Of a stretch of DNA of 24,000 bases, positions 14,496 to 23,585 are shown one piece after another. Source of the DNA: Angustibacter sp. Root456 (GTDB lineage Bacteria > Actinomycetota > Actinomycetes > Actinomycetales > Angustibacteraceae); contig NZ_LMER01000020.1 of assembly GCF_001426435.1 (NCBI RefSeq), positions 729,677 through 753,676 on the forward strand, given 5' to 3'. The stretch's first letter is position 1; each line of letters starts with the position of its first letter. A program made the position numbers and the translations under genes. The notes under the pieces were generated by a model that did no database searches, was not told the origin of the DNA, and saw nothing but the letters and a program-made list of their open reading frames with translations.

Positions 14496-15068
14496 ATGAG
14501 GCGCCGCGTCGCGTCCCTGTTGCTGCGGCTGGTGCGCTGGCGCGTCGTCGGCGAGACGCCGCACATGGGCATCGTCGTCGGGGCGCCGCACACGTCGTAC
14601 TGGGACTGGGTCGCGATGATCCTGGTGATGTGGCACGGCGGTGTCTCGCCGCGCGTGCTCATCAAGCAGGAGGCGTTCAAGGGCCCGCTCGGCACGGTGC
14701 TGCGCGCGACCGGCGGCATCCCGGTCGACCGGAAGCACCCGGCCGGCCTCATCCGCATGCTGATGATGCAGGCGCGCAGCGGCGAGCCGTTCCTGCTGGT
14801 GGTGGCGGCCGAGGGCACGCGCAAGAAGGCCGACTACTGGAAGTCCGGCTTCTACCGCATCGCGCGCGCGTCGCGGATGCCGATCGTGTTGGGGTTCGTC
14901 GACCGGCCCACGCGCACGGTGGGCTTCGGTGAGTCGTTCGTCCCCACGGGCGACGTCGTGGCCGACATGGACCGCGTCCGCGCGTTCTACGCCGACAAGC
15001 ACGGAATTCACCCCGACCGGCGTACCGAACCTCGCCTGCGCGAAGAGGACCGCCCAGCCGCTGAGTAG
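14496..15068 (+). CDS. 1-acyl-sn-glycerol-3-phosphate acyltransferase-like (PlsC family) protein (190 aa)
   Basis: The HX4D motif is in APHTSYWDW, with an EGTR motif (AAEGTRKK) downstream. ATG at 14496. Confidence 0.8.
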   Translation: MRRRVASLLLRLVRWRVVGETPHMGIVVGAPHTSYWDWVAMILVMWHGGVSPRVLIKQEAFKGPLGTVLRATGGIPVDRKHPAGLIRMLMMQARSGEPFLLVVAAEGTRKKADYWKSGFYRIARASRMPIVLGFVDRPTRTVGFGESFVPTGDVVADMDRVRAFYADKHGIHPDRRTEPRLREEDRPAAE

Positions 15069-15172
15069 CGGAATGGGGTGGGGGCGTGACCTCGGCGGCC
15101 ATCGCTCGTTGAGCCAGGTGCCAGGACGGCAGCCAGGAGGGGACGGGTGCGGCGGCCGCGCGACGGCCGTCG

Positions 15173-15211
15173 CACCCGAGCTGCCCACCCGAGGTGCCCA
15201 CCCGAGCTGCC
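15173..15211. repeat. 13-bp tandem repeat x3 (CACCCGAGSTGCC)
   Basis: Read directly from the sequence, 218-256 bp upstream of the sirA ATG. It abuts the 14-bp palindrome GCGACGGCCGTCGC (15160-15173). Confidence 0.85.
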
Positions 15212-15428
15212 CACATGCTGAGAGCGGGGCTCCGCACACCGGACGACGGTGCCAGGCTCGTCGCGTGACTCCCGTGCAGCCCCTCCTCGTGAGCCGACGC
15301 CACGTCGACCTCGGGCGCACGCGCAGCATGGCCTGTCGCGGTCGCTGACCCCGGCCCGACGACGCGCACGTCGTCAGTCGCACCGCCGCGCCACCTCGGT
15401 GCGTGGCGCCCAGCACCGATGAGGACGC

Positions 15429-17120
15429 ATGACCTCGACGACCGCAGCAACCCGCTCCGCCTCGCCCGCTCACCGCCAGCAGCACGGTCAGTGGGCCGCC
15501 GGCGACCGCACACCGCTCAACGCCAACGAGCGGTTCAAGGCCGAGGAAGATCCCCTGAACGTCCGGCTGCGTATCACAGAGACATACTCTCGCAACGGTT
15601 TCGACTCAATCCCGAGTGACGACCTGCACGGTCGGTTCCGCTGGTGGGGCCTCTACACCCAGCGACGTCCCGGCATCGAGGGCGGCCGCACCGCGTCGCT
15701 CGAGCCGCACGAGCTCGAGGACCGCTACTTCATGCTGCGCGTGCGGGTGGACGGCGGTGCGCTCACCACTGACCAGCTGCGCGTCGTCGGCGAGCTGTCG
15801 AGCACCTACGCGCGTGACACGGCGGACCTCACTGACCGGCAGAACGTCCAGCTGCACTGGGTGCGCATCGAGGACGTGCCGGCGATCTGGGAGCGCCTGG
15901 AGGCGGTGGGACTGCAGACCGCCGAAGCCTGCGGGGACTGCCCCCGCGTGGTGCTCGGCAGCCCGGTGGCCGGCGTCCACGCTGACGAGATCGTCGACCC
16001 GACGCCGGCCATCGAGGAGATCACCCGCCGCTACGTCGGCAACCCCGACTTCAGCAACCTGCCCCGCAAGTACAAGACCGCGCTGACCGGCATGCCCGTG
16101 AGCGACGTGGTGCACGAGATCAACGACATCGCCTTCACCGGAGTCGTCCACCCCGAGCACGGACCCGGCTTCGACCTGTGGGTGGGTGGAGGGCTGTCGA
16201 CGAACCCTCGCCTCGCCGAGCGCCTGGGCGCGTGGGTGCCGCTGGACGACGTCCCCGACGTCTGGGCGGCGGTGACCTCGGTGTTCCGCGACCACGGCTA
16301 CCGGCGGCTGCGCAACAAGGCGCGGCTGAAGTTCCTGCTCGCCGACTGGGGGGTCGAGCGGTTTCGCGAGGTGGTCGAGGACTACCTCGGCCGGCCGCTG
16401 CTCGACGGGCCCGCGGCGCCGCCGTCCGCCGACCCCGGCGACCACGTCGGCGTGCACCGCCAGCGCGACGGCCGGTTCTTCGTCGGGGCGACGCCGGTGG
16501 CGGGCCGCGTCTCCGGCACGCTGCTGCGCGAGCTCGCCGACCTGGCCGAGCGCCACGGGTCGCGCCGGGTGCGGCTGACGCCCCACCAGAAGGTGCTCGT
16601 GCTGGACGTCGCGGAGAGCGAGATCGACTCGCTCGTCAGCGCACTCGACGCGCTCGGCCTGCAGGCCCGGCCGAGCCCCTTCCGCCGCTACACGCTGGCC
16701 TGCACCGGGATCGAGTTCTGCAAGCTCGCCATCGTCGAGACCAAGCAGACCGCCGCACGAGCCGTCGCCGAGCTCGAGCGCCGGCTCGCCGACGTCGGCC
16801 CCGAGCTCGACACCCCCATCACGCTGAACGTCAACGGCTGCCCCAACTCGTGCGCGCGCGTGCAGGTGGCCGACATCGGGCTCAAGGGGCAGATCGTCAC
16901 GACGGACGACGGCGCCCAGACCCCCGGCTTCCAGGTGCACCTCGGGGGCGCACTCGGGCTCGACGCCGGTTTCGGTCGCAAGGTGCGCGGCCACAAGGTG
17001 ACCGCCGACGAGCTGCCCGAGTACGTCGAGCGCGTCGTGCGGCGCTACCTCGCCGGCCGCGAGCCAGGGGAGCGGTTCGCCCAGTGGGCCGTGCGCGCCG
17101 ACGAGGAGGAGCTCGGATGA
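15429..17120 (+). CDS. sirA: ferredoxin-dependent sulfite reductase (nitrite/sulfite reductase family, 563 aa)
   Basis: The siroheme/4Fe-4S cysteine motifs are CTGIEFCKLA and NGCPNSCA. The length and the coupling to cysH (ATGA overlap) resemble mycobacterial SirA. Confidence 0.9.
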   Translation: MTSTTAATRSASPAHRQQHGQWAAGDRTPLNANERFKAEEDPLNVRLRITETYSRNGFDSIPSDDLHGRFRWWGLYTQRRPGIEGGRTASLEPHELEDRYFMLRVRVDGGALTTDQLRVVGELSSTYARDTADLTDRQNVQLHWVRIEDVPAIWERLEAVGLQTAEACGDCPRVVLGSPVAGVHADEIVDPTPAIEEITRRYVGNPDFSNLPRKYKTALTGMPVSDVVHEINDIAFTGVVHPEHGPGFDLWVGGGLSTNPRLAERLGAWVPLDDVPDVWAAVTSVFRDHGYRRLRNKARLKFLLADWGVERFREVVEDYLGRPLLDGPAAPPSADPGDHVGVHRQRDGRFFVGATPVAGRVSGTLLRELADLAERHGSRRVRLTPHQKVLVLDVAESEIDSLVSALDALGLQARPSPFRRYTLACTGIEFCKLAIVETKQTAARAVAELERRLADVGPELDTPITLNVNGCPNSCARVQVADIGLKGQIVTTDDGAQTPGFQVHLGGALGLDAGFGRKVRGHKVTADELPEYVERVVRRYLAGREPGERFAQWAVRADEEELG

Positions 17121-17830
17121 GCGTCGACGCGCAGGCGAAGGACCAGCTGCGGCGCGCCGTCGAGCGGGCGGCCCACGAGCTCGAGGACGCCGAGGCCGCC
17201 GACATCGTGGCCTGGGCCGCCGCAGCCGTCCGCGATGTGGGCGGGCGGCTCGTCGTCGCGTCGAGCATGCAGGACGCCGTGCTGCCGCACCTGGTGTCGA
17301 GCCTCGTGCCCGGCGTGGAGGTGCTGTTCCTCGACACCGGGCTGCACTTCGCGGCCACGCTCGCGACGCGCGAACGCGTGGCGCAGCAGCTGCCAGTGCG
17401 CGTGGTCGACGTCCGGCCGCGGCAGAGCCTGCAGGAGCAGGCGCGCGAGTTCGGACCCGCGCTGCACGAACGCGATCCCGGGCTCTGTTGCTTCCTGCGC
17501 AAGGTGGATCCGCTCGCGCGGGCGCTCGAGCCCTACGCCGCGTGGGTCACCGGCGTGCGCCGCGAGGACTCGCCGACGCGTTCCCAGGCCGCCGCCGTCG
17601 CGTGGGACGAAGCGCACGATCTGCTCAAGGTCAACCCGCTCGTGCGCTGGACGAACGAGCAGCTGCTGACCTATGAGAGCGAGCACGATCTCGTGCGCAA
17701 CCCGCTGCGAGACAATGGTTTCCCGAGCATCGGGTGCGAGCCCTGCACCCGGCGCGTCGAGCCGGGTGAGGACCCACGCGCCGGCCGGTGGTCGGGCCGC
17801 GACAAGACGGAGTGCGGCATCCACGCCTGA
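17117..17830 (+). CDS. cysH: adenosine 5'-phosphosulfate/PAPS reductase, Fe-S cluster type (237 aa)
   Basis: The CC pair (PGLCCFLRKV), CEPC and the C-terminal KTECGIH motif are present. The start ATG overlaps the sirA TGA. Confidence 0.9.
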   Translation: MSVDAQAKDQLRRAVERAAHELEDAEAADIVAWAAAAVRDVGGRLVVASSMQDAVLPHLVSSLVPGVEVLFLDTGLHFAATLATRERVAQQLPVRVVDVRPRQSLQEQAREFGPALHERDPGLCCFLRKVDPLARALEPYAAWVTGVRREDSPTRSQAAAVAWDEAHDLLKVNPLVRWTNEQLLTYESEHDLVRNPLRDNGFPSIGCEPCTRRVEPGEDPRAGRWSGRDKTECGIHA

Positions 17831-17839
17831 GCCGCTCGG

Positions 17840-17853
17840 GGGACGTGCGTCCG
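17840..17853. promoter_or_regulatory. candidate DosR/DevR-type operator, near-copy GGGACGTGCGTCCG
   Basis: It is 12/14 identical to the palindrome at 5727-5740 and lies 78-91 bp upstream of the GGDEF-EAL ATG. Confidence 0.25.
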
Positions 17854-17930
17854 GATGTCGCCGGATTGAGCGACAACGCCCTGCTCTGCGTGCAACGATG
17901 GCGTGCCGCGCGGCTCAGGGAGGAGGTGGC

Positions 17931-20231
17931 ATGGCCGACGTCGAGGACGCACGCCATCCGCCCGATCCCCCTGGCTGGTACGCCGGCGCCGATCAGTGGC
18001 TCAAGGTGCTCGTGGAGGTCCAGCAGCACGTCAGGCGCGCCGGCCCGGTGGTTGACGACGTCGCTCAAGCGCTGGCCGACGAGGCGCACCGGCTGATCGG
18101 CGGCACGGTGGTCGTCTCCCTGCTCGACGGCGCGCACCTGCGGGTCGCTGCGACGTCCGGGGGCCCGGAGGGGCTGCAGCCGGGCCTGCGGTTCCCCACG
18201 ACCCAGTCGATCAGCGAGGAGTGCCTGCGGGGCGGTGAGCCCGTGGCACACCACGACCTGTCGCGCCTGCCGTGGGCCGAGACGCCGATCTACCGGCACT
18301 TCGGGATGCGCTCGGCCGTGCTGGCGCCGCTGGCTCACGGCCTCGACGCCTTCGGGGTCATCATGCTCGCCGCTGCGGAGCCGCACGCGTTCTCGCACGA
18401 GGACCGCGACGTCCTCGCGCTGCTGGCCTTCACCGGCGCCGCCGCCATGGCCGCCTCGACGATGGAGACCGACCTCGCGGGTGAGCGGCTGCGGCTGTTC
18501 GCGGCCTCGACCCTCACCGGCACGGGGCTGTGGCGCTGGGACGCGGTGTCGAACGGGCTGCAATGGTCGGAGGAGATGTTCGCCATCACCGGCGTCGACC
18601 CGAGCACTGCTCCCACGGTCGACCTGTGGGAGTCCTTGCTGCACCCGGACGACCGGCGCCGCTGTGAGCTGTCGGCGCACCTCGCCGACCACCCGGAGGG
18701 GCGCACCGAGACGTTGCGCCTGCGGCACACCGACGGCGGCTGGCGCGAGCTCGTCGCGTGGTCGCGTCCGGTGTTCGACGGTGACCGGATGACCGGCATC
18801 TACGGCGCCACGGTCGACGTCACCGCCCAGCGCGGCGCCGAGCGCGAGGTCGCCCGGATGGCGGCCCGCGACGGCCTCACCGGCCTCGCCAACCGGGCGG
18901 TGCTCGACGACCTGACCCGCCGCAGCATCGCCACCTTGCCGCCCCCGGACGACGCGCAGGCTGGCCAGGAGGAAGCCGTCGACCTCCTCGAGGGTCTGGG
19001 GCCGGTCACCGCCCTGCTGCTGCTCGACCTCGACCGCTTCAAGCTCGTCAACGACACCCTCGGCCACACCGTGGGCGACGCGCTGCTCGTCGCCGTCGCC
19101 GACCGTCTGACCGCTGCGCTGGAGCTGTCGGGCGTGAGCGACTGCGCCCCCACGGTGGCGCGGCTCGGTGGTGACGAGTTCGTCGTCCTGCTGCCGTGGG
19201 TGGCGGGCGTGGACGCAGCCTGCGACGTCGCCCGCTGGCTGCTCGACGAGGTGCGCCAGCCGCTGGTGATCGAGGACGTCGACATGGTGTGCACCGGCAG
19301 CATCGGCGTCGCCGTCGCCTCGCACTCCGGGCGCTCGGCCGGCGAGCTGTTCCGAGAGGCCGACCTCGCGATGTACCGCGCCAAGGGCGCCGGCCGCGAC
19401 CGCATCGCCGTCTACGACAGCCAGCTGCACGCCGAGGCCGAGAGCCGGCTCGCCACCGAGCGGCGGCTGCGCTCGGCGATCGAGCGCGGCCGGTTGTCGG
19501 CGGTGTACCAGCCGATCGTGCGGCTGGTCGACGAGCGCGTCGTCGGCGTCGAGGCGTTGATGCGGCTGGTCGACGACTCGGGTGACCTGATGCTGCCCGA
19601 GAACTTCATCGACGTCGCCGAGGACACCGGGCTCGTCGTCGCGCTCGACCACTGGATGCTCGAGGAGGGGGTCGCGACCCTCGCCGAGTGGGCGCGCCAG
19701 GGCAACGCGGGCCTCACGATGCAGGTGAACGTGTCGGCCCGCACGCTGGAGCAGCCAGGCTTCGACGAGTACGTCCTGCAGGTGCTCGACTCGTACGGCG
19801 TCGGCCCGACCGCGCTGCGCCTGGAGCTCACCGAGACCAGCCTCGTGCCGGGCGGTTCGCCGGCGCAGGACGCGATGCGCCGGCTCGCCACCACAGGCAT
19901 CAAGACAGGCATCGACGACTTTGGCACCGGCTACTCCGCACTGGCGTACCTGCAGGAGCTGCCGGTCGGCTTCATCAAGGTCGACCGGTCGTTCGTGAGC
20001 CGGCTCGACGGCAGCGAGCGACCTAGTGCCGTGGTGCGGGCCGTCGTCGAGCTGGCCCACGCCCACGGTCACCAGGTCACGGCCGAAGGTGTCGAGACCG
20101 AGCAGCAGGCGCAGCTGCTGCGCGAGATGGGGTGCGACCACGCGCAGGGCTGGCTGTTCGGTCGTCCCAGCCTCGAGCACGTGCCCGAGCAGACCTGGGT
20201 CGAACGACGCAGAGGCGCCCCCGCGCGCTAG
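17931..20231 (+). CDS. GAF-PAS-GGDEF-EAL signalling protein (diguanylate cyclase/phosphodiesterase, 766 aa)
   Basis: Intact GGDEF (RLGGDEFVVLL). EAL domain motifs are present (VGVEALMRL, DDFGTGYSALAYL, KVDRSF, EGVETEQQ). The N-terminus is GAF-like and then PAS-like. GGAGGAGG lies upstream of the ATG at 17931. Confidence 0.9.
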   Translation: MADVEDARHPPDPPGWYAGADQWLKVLVEVQQHVRRAGPVVDDVAQALADEAHRLIGGTVVVSLLDGAHLRVAATSGGPEGLQPGLRFPTTQSISEECLRGGEPVAHHDLSRLPWAETPIYRHFGMRSAVLAPLAHGLDAFGVIMLAAAEPHAFSHEDRDVLALLAFTGAAAMAASTMETDLAGERLRLFAASTLTGTGLWRWDAVSNGLQWSEEMFAITGVDPSTAPTVDLWESLLHPDDRRRCELSAHLADHPEGRTETLRLRHTDGGWRELVAWSRPVFDGDRMTGIYGATVDVTAQRGAEREVARMAARDGLTGLANRAVLDDLTRRSIATLPPPDDAQAGQEEAVDLLEGLGPVTALLLLDLDRFKLVNDTLGHTVGDALLVAVADRLTAALELSGVSDCAPTVARLGGDEFVVLLPWVAGVDAACDVARWLLDEVRQPLVIEDVDMVCTGSIGVAVASHSGRSAGELFREADLAMYRAKGAGRDRIAVYDSQLHAEAESRLATERRLRSAIERGRLSAVYQPIVRLVDERVVGVEALMRLVDDSGDLMLPENFIDVAEDTGLVVALDHWMLEEGVATLAEWARQGNAGLTMQVNVSARTLEQPGFDEYVLQVLDSYGVGPTALRLELTETSLVPGGSPAQDAMRRLATTGIKTGIDDFGTGYSALAYLQELPVGFIKVDRSFVSRLDGSERPSAVVRAVVELAHAHGHQVTAEGVETEQQAQLLREMGCDHAQGWLFGRPSLEHVPEQTWVERRRGAPAR

Positions 20232-21724
20232 CCGGCGGAGCGGTTGGTGCGCGGGGCGCCGCCGCTGCGGTTGCCGCGGTACTCGTGGCCACGGCTCTGG
20301 CCGCGCTCGCCGCGGTCCGGCCGGTCGCGACGCTCGGGGCGCTCGCCGCGGTCGGCGCGGAACTGGCCCTCTCGGCGCGGTCCGGAGCCGGTGCGGCGCG
20401 GGCCGCCGCCCGGGCGGTGCGGACGGCCCGTGCGAGCCGGACGCTTCGGCGGGAAGAGCTCGTGCTCGGACACCTCGACCCCGCTCGGCACCGCCCCACG
20501 CGTGACGGCGAGCAGCGCGTCGCCCTCGGGGAAGACCGACTCGGGGCGCGCGTCCACGCCCGCAGCGGAGGTGAGCCGCTCGACCGTGCGCCGCTGGTGC
20601 GGCAGCGCGAGCGTGATCACGGTGCCCTTGCCGCCGGCACGCGCCGTCCGGCCGGCCCGGTGCAGGTAGTCCTTGTGGTCGGCCGGCGGGTCGAGCTGGA
20701 CGACGAGGCTGACGTCGTCCACGTGGATGCCGCGAGCAGCGACGTCGGTGGCGACGAGTACCGGCACGTGGCCGTCCTTGAAGGCGCCGAGGGTGCGGTT
20801 GCGCTGGCCCTGACCCAGACCGCCGTGCAGCGCGGCCGCGCGCACACCCTGCTGGCGCAGCTGGCCGGCGACGCGGTCGGCGCCGAGCTTGGTGCGCACG
20901 AAGACGACGGTGCGGCCCTCACGCGCGGCCAGAGCCGCCGTCAGGGGTGCCTTGTGGTTCGGCTTCACCAGCCAGACGTGGTGCTCCATCGTCGTGACGG
21001 ACGCCGTCGCGTCGTTGGTGGAGTGCGTGACCGGGTCGTGGAGGTAGCGGCGCACGAGCGAGTCGACGTCGCCGTCGAGCGTGGCGGAGAAGAGCAGTCG
21101 CTGGCCGTTCTTCGGCATGAGGTCGAGCAGCGCGCTGACCGCGGGCAGGAAGCCCATGTCGCACATGTGGTCGGCCTCGTCGAGCACTGTCACCTCGACG
21201 TCGGACAGGTCGCACGCGCCGCGCTCGACCAGGTCGGCGAGGCGGCCCGGCGTCGCGACGAGCAGCTCGACGCCGCGGTCGAGGGCCTGGATCTGCTTGA
21301 AGTACGGCAGGCCACCGGCCACGAGCTTGATGCGCACGCCGACGACGTGGGCCAGGGGCTCGAGACCGTCGTGCACCTGCATGGCGAGCTCGCGGGTGGG
21401 CACGAGGACGATCGCGCGCGGCTTGCGGCTCGCGGCGCGGCCGCCGGCGAGGCGGGTCAGCACGGGCAGGCCGAAGGCGAGGGTCTTGCCCGAGCCGGTC
21501 TGGCCGCGGCCGAGCACGTCGCGGCCGGCCAGCGCGTCAGGAACGGTCGCTGACTGGATCGGGAAGGGCGTGGTGATGCCATCGCGAGCCAGTCGCTCGA
21601 CGATGCGCTCGGGCAGGCCGAGCGAGGCGAAATCGCGCACGGTGCCGGCGTCGATGGTGAGGTCGTCGGTCAGAACGGGGAGAGAAGTCACTGCGGAGGG
21701 AACTCGTTTCGTGGCACGGCGCAC
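20228..21724 (-). CDS. DEAD-box ATP-dependent RNA helicase with an Arg/Gly-rich C-terminal tail (about 487-498 aa)
   Basis: Q-motif region FPIQ, motif I GQTGSGKT, DEAD (VLDEADHM), SAT and HRAGRTARAG. The start is ambiguous between the GTGs at 21724 and 21691. Confidence 0.88.
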   Translation of the reverse strand: MRRATKRVPSAVTSLPVLTDDLTIDAGTVRDFASLGLPERIVERLARDGITTPFPIQSATVPDALAGRDVLGRGQTGSGKTLAFGLPVLTRLAGGRAASRKPRAIVLVPTRELAMQVHDGLEPLAHVVGVRIKLVAGGLPYFKQIQALDRGVELLVATPGRLADLVERGACDLSDVEVTVLDEADHMCDMGFLPAVSALLDLMPKNGQRLLFSATLDGDVDSLVRRYLHDPVTHSTNDATASVTTMEHHVWLVKPNHKAPLTAALAAREGRTVVFVRTKLGADRVAGQLRQQGVRAAALHGGLGQGQRNRTLGAFKDGHVPVLVATDVAARGIHVDDVSLVVQLDPPADHKDYLHRAGRTARAGGKGTVITLALPHQRRTVERLTSAAGVDARPESVFPEGDALLAVTRGAVPSGVEVSEHELFPPKRPARTGRPHRPGGGPRRTGSGPRREGQFRADRGERPERRDRPDRGERGQSRGHEYRGNRSGGAPRTNRSAG

Positions 21725-22050
21725 GACGGTCCCACCAGCGACGGTGAGGGCGTCGACACGCCAGGGGGGCGCTCCAGGGGCACCCTCGGCACCGGGTCTT
21801 CAGCGGGTGCTGGCCGGTGGGGTGTCGGAACGCCTGATGACTGCCTGGGGGCCGTCGTCCGCCCTGGCATCGAGCCAGTTCGTGCAGACGGCGCGCGCCG
21901 ACGTCCCCCATCCTACCGGCTTCTGGAGGGCCTGTTGACCACGCGCTGTCGCGGCCTGCTTGCCGCGGCTCCGGTGGCCGGTCGGGCGCACCGGGCGTAG
22001 AACTTGGTCGGAACCCAGTGATCACCGACGATCCCGGCGAAAGGGACCCC

Positions 22051-23540
22051 ATGGCTGCCACACAGGACGCCGACGCGAGGACCGACCGCAGCGACGACCA
22101 CGGCAAGGTGGTGATGCTGGCGGTGGCGGCGGCCGTCGGTGGCTTCCTGTTCGGGTTCGACAGCTCGGTGATCAACGGCGCGGTCGATGCGGTCGAGGGA
22201 CAGTTCGCGTTGTCGAAGTTCATCACCGGATTCGTAGTGGCCATCGCGCTGCTCGGCTGCGCCGCCGGTGCCTGGTACGCCGGCCGCTGGGCCGACCGGT
22301 GGGGTCGCACGCGCGTCATGCTCATCGGCGCGGTGCTGTTCTTCGCCAGCTCGGTCGGTGCCGGCCTGGCCTTCTCCGTGTGGGACCTCGCGTTCTGGCG
22401 CCTCGTGGGTGGGCTGGCATCGGGATCGCCTCGGTGATCGCACCGGCGTACATCGCAGAGATCGCGCCGGCGTCCATGCGCGGTCGGCTCGGGTCGTTGC
22501 AGCAAATGGCGATCACGATCGGGATCTTCGTCGCGCTGCTGTCGGACGCCTTCTGGGCCAACACCGCCGGCGGGGCCGACCAGGACATCGCGGGGCTGCC
22601 CGCCTGGCGCTGGATGTTCCTCGTCGAGGTCGTGCCGTCGCTGATCTACGGCATCCTCGCGATCCAGATCCCGGAGTCACCGCGCTACCTGGTGGCGTCC
22701 GGTGAGCTGAAGCGTGCGGCCGACGTGCTGCGGCGGTTCGTGGGCATGAAGTCGCCCGAGCGCAAGATCGACGACATCCAGAAGTCGCTGCAGCGCGAGG
22801 ACAAGCCGTCGCTGAAGGACCTGCGAGGCAACACCTTCGGACTGCTGCCGATCGTCTGGGTGGGCATCGCCTTGTCGGCGTTCCAGCAGCTCGTCGGCAT
22901 CAACGTGATCTTCTACTACTCGACCACGCTGTGGCAGGCGGTGGGCTTCAGCGAGTCCCGGTCGTTCGTCATCTCCGTCATCACGTCGGTGACGAACATG
23001 GCGGTGACGGTGATCGCCATCCTGCTGGTCGACAAGATCGGCCGCCGGATCCTGTTGCTGTGCGGTTCGGCCGGGATGGCCGTGGCGCTGGGCGCCATGA
23101 CGGTCGCCTTCACGCAGGCGAGCATCGTCACTGGTGCCGACGGGACGAAGACGCCCAACCTCGACGGCTTCTGGGGTCCGGTGGCGCTCGTGGGCGCGAA
23201 CCTGTTCGTCGTCTCGTTCGGCGCCACGTGGGGGCCCGTGGTGTGGGTGCTGCTGGGCGAGATGTTCCCCAACCGCATCCGAGGGGCTGCCTTGTCTGTC
23301 TCCGCTGCGGCGCAGTGGATCACGAACTTCCTGATCACCACGACGTTTCCGCCGCTGGCCGCCGTGTCGCTCGTGCTGGCCTACGGCCTGTACACCGCGT
23401 TCGCGGCCATCTCGTTCTTCTTCGTGCTGTGGAAGGTCGACGAGACCAAGGGACGTGAGCTCGAGGACATGACGGGCGACGTCCGCAGCCGTCGCGGGGG
23501 CGAGCGCCGGGCCACGTCGGCGGCGAGCCAGTCCGCCTGA
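22051..23540 (+). pseudogene. MFS sugar porter (GlcP-like) disrupted by a -1 frameshift near 22416-22418
   Basis: The N-terminal TM1-3 region (GGFLFGFDSSVINGA...FWRLVGGL) is in one frame and stops at 22435-22437. The remainder (GIGIASVIAPAYIAEIAP...PESPRYL...) continues in the +1-shifted frame to 23540. Restoring one G in CTG[G]GC gives the family consensus GGLGIGIAS. Confidence 0.85.
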
Positions 23541-23543
23541 GCT

Positions 23544-23577
23544 CCTGCGTGCACTTCGGATCAGAAGTGCACGCAGG
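23544..23577. terminator. perfect 14-bp-stem hairpin between convergent genes
   Basis: CCTGCGTGCACTTC - GGATCA - GAAGTGCACGCAGG, starting 4 nt after the MFS stop. Confidence 0.65.
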
Positions 23578-23585
23578 GGCTGGGG

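Noticed and set aside
15328-15348. The upstream mini-ORF MACRGR* as a cysteine-sensing leader peptide for sirA-cysH
   Set aside because: It has only one Cys codon, no Shine-Dalgarno sequence, and no obvious alternative terminator/antiterminator pairing. This is too weak to call.
15069-15428. A SAM or other known riboswitch upstream of sirA
   Set aside because: I could not recognise any conserved riboswitch core sequence by eye. A covariance-model search (Rfam/Infernal) would be needed, and I make no claim without one.
17631-20180. An 849-aa ORF antisense to the GGDEF-EAL gene. Similar long shadow ORFs occur at 7830-9419(-), 4997-6361(-), 3806-5179(+), 2926-4023(-), 561-1529(+), 10130-11398(+), 12370-13338(-), 14289-15485(-), 15606-16994(-), 16178-17116(+) and 20132-21553(+).
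   Set aside because: Their translations are Arg/Pro/Gly/Ala-rich and low in complexity, with no motifs. Each overlaps a gene on the other strand or frame that has clear family motifs. Stop-poor antisense frames are expected at this GC content.
21537-22505. A 322-aa minus-strand ORF spanning the helicase/MFS intergenic region
   Set aside because: It overlaps the MFS N-terminus in antisense, its composition is low-complexity and Pro/Arg/Ser-rich, and it has no motifs. The 326-bp gap (21725-22050) is more simply a pair of divergent promoters plus a 5' UTR for the helicase.
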